Positions 59,901 through 64,000 of a stretch of 64,000 bases of DNA are shown piece by piece. Below the pieces are notes generated by a model. That model had not been told where the DNA came from. It ran no database searches and worked only from the letters and a program-made list of their open reading frames with translations. The translations under genes and the position numbers were made by a program. Source of the DNA: a virus; the IMG/VR virus record IMGVR_UViG_3300021310_000002, one strand, 5' to 3'. Position 1 is the first letter of the stretch. The number at the start of each line of letters is the position of its first letter.

Positions 59901-60111
59901 CATCGTCACAAATATACATTTCGCAACCATATAGATATTTTATTCCATACTTTTTACAAAGCTTATACAGTTCGACATTGGAATACACATTGCCATGTTC
60001 AGTGACACATAATGCTTTATCTCCTTGTTCTACACATTTTTTTACTAATGCTTCGGGTTCAATGATAGCATCCAACAAACTATACTTGGTATGAATATGT
60101 ATCTTTGCCAC
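56905..60111 (-). CDS. dnaE: DNA polymerase III alpha subunit (family C)
   Basis: PHP domain HIHT.YS, RGSAGGS, PDVDSD, KADFLGL, FNKSH. Confidence 0.96.
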   Translation of the reverse strand: MAKIHIHTKYSLLDAIIEPEALVKKCVEQGDKALCVTEHGNVYSNVELYKLCKKYGIKYLYGCEMYICDDVNIKDKNNKYYHLVVIAKNETGRINLNKLVSESCNYKYFGKPRIDFEMLKEHKDGLIVLSACMAGEIQRYIAQKEYQKAKETALKYKAVFGDDYYLEYQSHSEPTQQILNRCVVSFADKLGIKYVVTTDAHYLNKEDQKYHNIFVQIGQAREAGEVYNDCYVQSDEEILEICKSTTREENLKAIQNTNEIADKCNVELPLSAPIMPHVPIPDDCKSELDYLKQLCIKGWYTKHINEKPNKDEYKKRLAYEINAIEKMGFEGYFLLVDSYCNSVKRRGIARGSAGGSLVCYLTNITDIDPIEFGLYFERFIDVGALELLAQGKITKKQLKIPDVDSDFGKADREKVLEFVIDKYGKDRVVSLGSFQYIWAKGAIKDIGKVLNIPFEITNAMTAQLDNETIGEALELGLLDSYKNKYPELFEYAKHLAGLPKSFSAHPCGKVIAMDDVIYYNAVDINDDGLVILQGDMHTADDLGLIKADFLGLRTIDVIYDTLGMIGKDYEYIAPHNLNFNDKKVLKNFRDGFTSGIFQFESVGMQGTLRKIECNSIFDLTVANALYRPGSMKYIDNYANRRKGMEEYEFLHPDLEPILKDSYGIIVFQEQLIEIGRLANLSNPDELRKATAKKKAELLDKIKPELFHGLSNRGWAQEQLDSLWESMLDFAKYSFNKSHAAAYAIIAYICMYLKTYYPREFMCSWINSVSNNIDKISECIIEAKRLKIPIYLGKYNDCSSTTVIYKDGIMMGTNTFRGCNKQVAIDLMSLGTIKGSFIDVLDTINDKHLSIDTTQLKTVIGLNYFSDFGNNQYLLSLYQIYNGIKEKGKTILPAFRSCKQISKNKILSYAQYGISDLLIKKYAHKETAKQYSEIDNIGLLNELATNYLKNNSMGYREQIKFDLKVLNYTLTISNASDKDLWIVIGFKTYQDTTKPYLLLHNVTTGDERRTKIAKSSVYKRNPIGLFSMIHVNQFVEEFKRKQQLVNGKLKWVSTDETESVLESYEVRKE

Positions 60112-60131
60112 AACTTATCACCAACCTTAAC

Positions 60132-60380
60132 TTAATTAGTCTTTACAATCCATCTATCAAATCTATTTGCAACAACTTTTTTAAACAATTCAGGGTACTC
60201 CATAACAATAGGTTCGCTTGTATCAAGACTGAATATACCCATAAGTGAAGCAGCAGACACTCGATATCTGCCTGATATGAGGTCAATCTGATTGCCAAAA
60301 CTTACATTAGATACTTCGTTAATAAACATTTTAATATCATCAATCTTGTTAAGTATAATTGTTACTCTATCCATTTTCAT
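60132..60380 (-). CDS. HPr-like protein
   Basis: GRYRVSAASLMGIFSL Ser46-type motif; no His15 region. Confidence 0.7.
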   Translation of the reverse strand: MKMDRVTIILNKIDDIKMFINEVSNVSFGNQIDLISGRYRVSAASLMGIFSLDTSEPIVMEYPELFKKVVANRFDRWIVKTN

Positions 60381-60393
60381 TTTTTATCCTCCT

Positions 60394-61569
60394 TTATATA
60401 TCGTTCAGCCAGTCTAAACTTGTATCAACAACAGAAGATTGAACTTCTGACTTTACATCTGTTCCAACATTACCAAACAAATCAATAACTCCGTTCTCTC
60501 TTGATTCAAGATATTCTTTATAAGGCTTATGAAGATTTGCAGAATATTCACATAAAGTTGCAAAATAATAACTTTGTGCTTTAATGCTTTCTTGTGTATC
60601 ATAGAATACAGCTTCACTATGAGTGTCTTGATAATCTTTTTCCCTTAGCAGAATATCTTTAATTTCACAAGTAATTAAATCTGTCCAATGCTTAATTAGT
60701 TCATCTGTCAAGGGTATGTATACATAACAATCAGTTATTTTATACTTTGCCTGAATGTCTTCGGGCAAACAAGAGATGTCGTTTGTATCTATCATCTGCA
60801 TTAAGTAATCATCTATTTCTTCTTCTGAATACTTTGCTGCCTTTAACCATGTTTTAACATTTGACTGTAATGATTCACCTATCTTACTACGTTCAACATC
60901 TCTAGTTTTAATAGCTCCGTTCTTCTGTTGATATTCAATTGTTACATACTTTAAGAAATTAAAAGCTATCTTAACTTTCTCGATAGGTACACCACTTTGC
61001 ATTACGCCTAAAGCATATACTGTAAGCTGTCCTGAATGTTCTTCAAGTGTCTTACCTTTGTACATAGAAGATGTTTTAAAGTCAATAATATTAATACAAT
61101 CATCTTCATCTTTAAAAATACAATCTATATATCCTTGAAGTATATAATCATTTATCTTAGTTGTTATAAAGCGTTCTGTCATTACTTTATAAGGAATTAT
61201 TGTATGGTTAGAAAAGAAATGTTTGAGATTTGCATAATAATTTTCCGCTAACTTTTGATTATGAGCTTCATCATTTCGGTCAAACTTTAAATCAGCAATA
61301 GTAACAGCAGTCAACCAACTATCATCATATATATTATCCATATCAGAATATTTAATTTCTTGATTATACAATCTTTCAAGGATATCGTGTGAAAGACCAC
61401 CCATTGTACCATAAACACAATTTTGTAAATCGCCCTCTTTATGCAGGACATATTTCAAATAATATTCATATGGAGAAGTCATAAACGTATTAACCATTGA
61501 CCATGAATATAATCGGTCTACGTTGTTTTTATTCATAACTTCTTTCAGTTCTTCGCTTGAAAGTCTCAT
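60394..61569 (-). CDS. PD-(D/E)XK nuclease (RecB/Cas4-like)
   Basis: SWS, G..SH, GYID, IIDFKTS, QL..Y. Confidence 0.8.
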   Translation of the reverse strand: MRLSSEELKEVMNKNNVDRLYSWSMVNTFMTSPYEYYLKYVLHKEGDLQNCVYGTMGGLSHDILERLYNQEIKYSDMDNIYDDSWLTAVTIADLKFDRNDEAHNQKLAENYYANLKHFFSNHTIIPYKVMTERFITTKINDYILQGYIDCIFKDEDDCINIIDFKTSSMYKGKTLEEHSGQLTVYALGVMQSGVPIEKVKIAFNFLKYVTIEYQQKNGAIKTRDVERSKIGESLQSNVKTWLKAAKYSEEEIDDYLMQMIDTNDISCLPEDIQAKYKITDCYVYIPLTDELIKHWTDLITCEIKDILLREKDYQDTHSEAVFYDTQESIKAQSYYFATLCEYSANLHKPYKEYLESRENGVIDLFGNVGTDVKSEVQSSVVDTSLDWLNDI

Positions 61570-62645
61570 TTTCCTTTCCCCTTTCCTATTTCATACACAA
61601 ATTTCTTATGTTCGATATCGTTATACTTTGTACGATGTTCAAATAGAAATTTATAAATTTTATTTTCAGCATCCATTGGGCTGTCTTTCTCACCAATAAT
61701 ATCCCATTTATCGTATATATAAGAGACAGGTCTTATATGATAAAACTTTTCACACATATTCTGTGTTTCTTGCAAAGGAACATCTTTATCGAGAGCAATA
61801 ATAATTTCTACATTTAAGCCAACCAAAATCCGAACTTGTTCATCACTTAATGTATGCCCTGATAATGCCACTACTGTACTATCACAAAGACTGTCACGTT
61901 TTAACACCGACTTCTCACTCTCAGCAACTACAACATAACCAGCTTTTTTAATGCTATTATAGTTCTCGTATAAACCATATAGGTTTAAGTGTTTTTTATA
62001 ATGCGGAGTGATATAATATTTTTTTATACCTAACAGTTCCCAATCTTCGATTACAGTACGTTGATTTATACCAACTAATTTACCAGATAGCCAATCATGT
62101 ATTGGAATAATTATCCGATTTCTTTTATACGAATAAGCCAATCCAAATTTTTTAGCAGTCTTGGCTGTAATTCCTTCCCTTAACCAACCAATATATAACA
62201 GTGGAACATAATAATCCATTAAGCTATTTTCAAGAAACTCTATGTCCCGAACATTTGTTTTATATGTTAAATATTTCTCGAAAATAGCTAAAGGATTTTT
62301 GTGCTCAACTGTTTTCTTTGGTGAAATTGACGTAGATTTATATGATAAAACTAGAATTTTATGAAGCCATTTTACTGCTTGAATAAAATCAAAGTCCATA
62401 TTGTACTGAACCAAAGTAATGATGTCAGATTTATCATTAAAGTCCTTTTCTCTTGTCCAATTTTTTACACCTAAATAATCATTGTTGTAAACATTAACCG
62501 CTGAATTGTTATCCCCATCTTTATTAGCACATGAATAATACTCTTTATATGGATGATACTTTATATTTTTACATCCGATTTGTTCTAGTATAAATTCCAC
62601 TTTATCATTTTTGCGAATATACTTTTTCAATGATATTGTGTCCAT
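61566..62645 (-). CDS. DnaG-like DNA primase
   Basis: RIIIP, LYG, TOPRIM ESEKS..ALDKD. Confidence 0.75.
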   Translation of the reverse strand: MDTISLKKYIRKNDKVEFILEQIGCKNIKYHPYKEYYSCANKDGDNNSAVNVYNNDYLGVKNWTREKDFNDKSDIITLVQYNMDFDFIQAVKWLHKILVLSYKSTSISPKKTVEHKNPLAIFEKYLTYKTNVRDIEFLENSLMDYYVPLLYIGWLREGITAKTAKKFGLAYSYKRNRIIIPIHDWLSGKLVGINQRTVIEDWELLGIKKYYITPHYKKHLNLYGLYENYNSIKKAGYVVVAESEKSVLKRDSLCDSTVVALSGHTLSDEQVRILVGLNVEIIIALDKDVPLQETQNMCEKFYHIRPVSYIYDKWDIIGEKDSPMDAENKIYKFLFEHRTKYNDIEHKKFVYEIGKGKGK

Positions 62646-62658
62646 ACTTTTTCACCGC

Positions 62659-64000
62659 CTAGAAGCTGTCTGGCATAATATTAGTAACGCCAACTTCCTT
62701 AATTATGTTTCTTGATTTGTCATGATTGATTACCATTTGATATGCATTAGCTGCACCTTCCTGATTCTTAACTACGAAAACTACTTGATAAGTTTTATCT
62801 TTATCTAGTTTTACTTGCACTTTTGTCTTACCATTTTTTCCTTCCAATCTATATACCTTTAAGGCTCTCTTTTCATCAGTGTATTCATCTTCAAAGACAT
62901 CACGCACCATGATTACAGTTGAAGCAACATCTACTATGTTCTTAGCCATACCAACATTGTTCTGAGTATAATACCTCATAACCGAACTACCTTTTTCTAG
63001 CTGAAACGTAATCAGAATATGTAGATTTAAAGCTTCTGTCTTTACAGTATCTTTGATGTCTACCATTGATTGTTGCATTTCAAGCCATGCGTTAGCACTA
63101 ACTTTTCCTGCATCCATCTTAAAAGTATCAAGGATAAAATACTTAACACCCATGTGAGCATACTTCTTAATTTCTTTTATTGCTTTAGCTGTTTGATACT
63201 GCTGAAACGGAATAATGGTAATCATATGATTCTGAGTGTTGTCTTTAAGCCATTGTGCAGCTTCGTATAATTTGTCTTTGATTTCTTTGGTATATTTACC
63301 ATCTCTGATAGTATGCTTTTGAATATCAAATTTCAGAATGTTGTTACAAATCCAAACTAACATCTCTCTTTGCCATTTACTGATGGAGTCTTCGTTTACC
63401 ATAATAACAACACGCTCATTGTATTTGATAATGGATGGGACTACCCATGACCTAGCAAGTGTAGATTTACCAATGTTTGATAATCCACCAAGTAAAGTAA
63501 TACTTCCTAACCATTGACCATTAGTCTCTTTCGTTAAAGTTGGTACACTATCATATGGTAGACCAACTTGATGTCCTGCATCTAGGTCTTCTATTAATTC
63601 AAATATGCCATCGCAAATATCATAGCTTTTAACATCAGAGTCTATATTGACAAATGTATCATTAAGATAAACTTCAAGCTCATGGTAAATATCTTCTGCT
63701 GCCATATCAGTATATTCTGACAACTTATCTTTAACAGGAAAACCTCTTTTAATAAGTTTAATAATTGCTCCCCATTTTCTCAATTCGGTTATATAACCAT
63801 CGAAGTTAGACACGTTTATATATCCTGTCGCTGTTTTAATGGTTTCATATCCATTATATTCTTCATATTTTGCTCTGAGCTTATTATGCTTTTCAAGAAA
63901 CATTCCAATAGTAATTTCATCAAGAGTGCTTTTCTTTTCTACTAGAATTAACTCTCGTGCAATCTCAAAGTACACTCGCCATACATTATCATGGAAGTCT
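62659..64000 (-). CDS. DnaB-like replicative helicase; 5' end outside window
   Basis: GLSNIGKST, NED, ILDTFK, TFQL, VKNQEG; frame open to window end. Confidence 0.8.
   Translation of the reverse strand, partial: DFHDNVWRVYFEIARELILVEKKSTLDEITIGMFLEKHNKLRAKYEEYNGYETIKTATGYINVSNFDGYITELRKWGAIIKLIKRGFPVKDKLSEYTDMAAEDIYHELEVYLNDTFVNIDSDVKSYDICDGIFELIEDLDAGHQVGLPYDSVPTLTKETNGQWLGSITLLGGLSNIGKSTLARSWVVPSIIKYNERVVIMVNEDSISKWQREMLVWICNNILKFDIQKHTIRDGKYTKEIKDKLYEAAQWLKDNTQNHMITIIPFQQYQTAKAIKEIKKYAHMGVKYFILDTFKMDAGKVSANAWLEMQQSMVDIKDTVKTEALNLHILITFQLEKGSSVMRYYTQNNVGMAKNIVDVASTVIMVRDVFEDEYTDEKRALKVYRLEGKNGKTKVQVKLDKDKTYQVVFVVKNQEGAANAYQMVINHDKSRNIIKEVGVTNIMPDSF

Noticed and set aside
52110..60111. Inteins or introns in nrdD, recD2, dnaE
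   Set aside because: ORFs are continuous and of ordinary size, with no splice or homing endonuclease motifs
1..64000. CRISPR array
   Set aside because: No regularly spaced repeat-spacer series seen; the Cas4-like nuclease sits in the replication module
1..64000. Stop-codon reassignment
   Set aside because: Conserved genes are full length in code 11 and end in TAA, TAG and TGA; no suppressor tRNA

Overview
This 64-kb window is part of an AT-rich SPbeta-like tailed phage genome (inferred from protein motifs and gene order, no database search). The host is a Firmicute, probably Ruminococcus-like, judging from a dockerin-type motif on the endolysin. The + strand (1-42250) carries a YonO-like single-subunit RNA polymerase, an HU-like protein, two tRNAs with a tRNA-like element between them, head genes, tail genes (with RecU and a tyrosine recombinase embedded), a 2144-aa tape measure protein, baseplate genes, a modular fibre cluster and lysis genes. 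An attP-like site (tRNA 3'-end core plus arm repeats) lies at about 42550. The - strand (42640-64000) carries an N-terminally truncated integrase, small accessory ORFs, nucleotide metabolism genes (gmk, phoH, thyX, dut, nrdDG) and replication genes (RecD2, DnaE, nuclease, primase, DnaB-like helicase). The most notable observations are: both DNA methyltransferases are frameshifted at slippage-prone repeats, (AG)11 and C6 in the DPPY codons; an 18-bp palindrome marks consecutive small-gene boundaries like a cassette array; a deletion joins a methyltransferase to the integrase; NrdR-like boxes lie downstream of nrdDG-dut; fibre proteins share paired terminal motifs suggesting a docking chain; and a DGR-type target has no RT or template repeat in the window.
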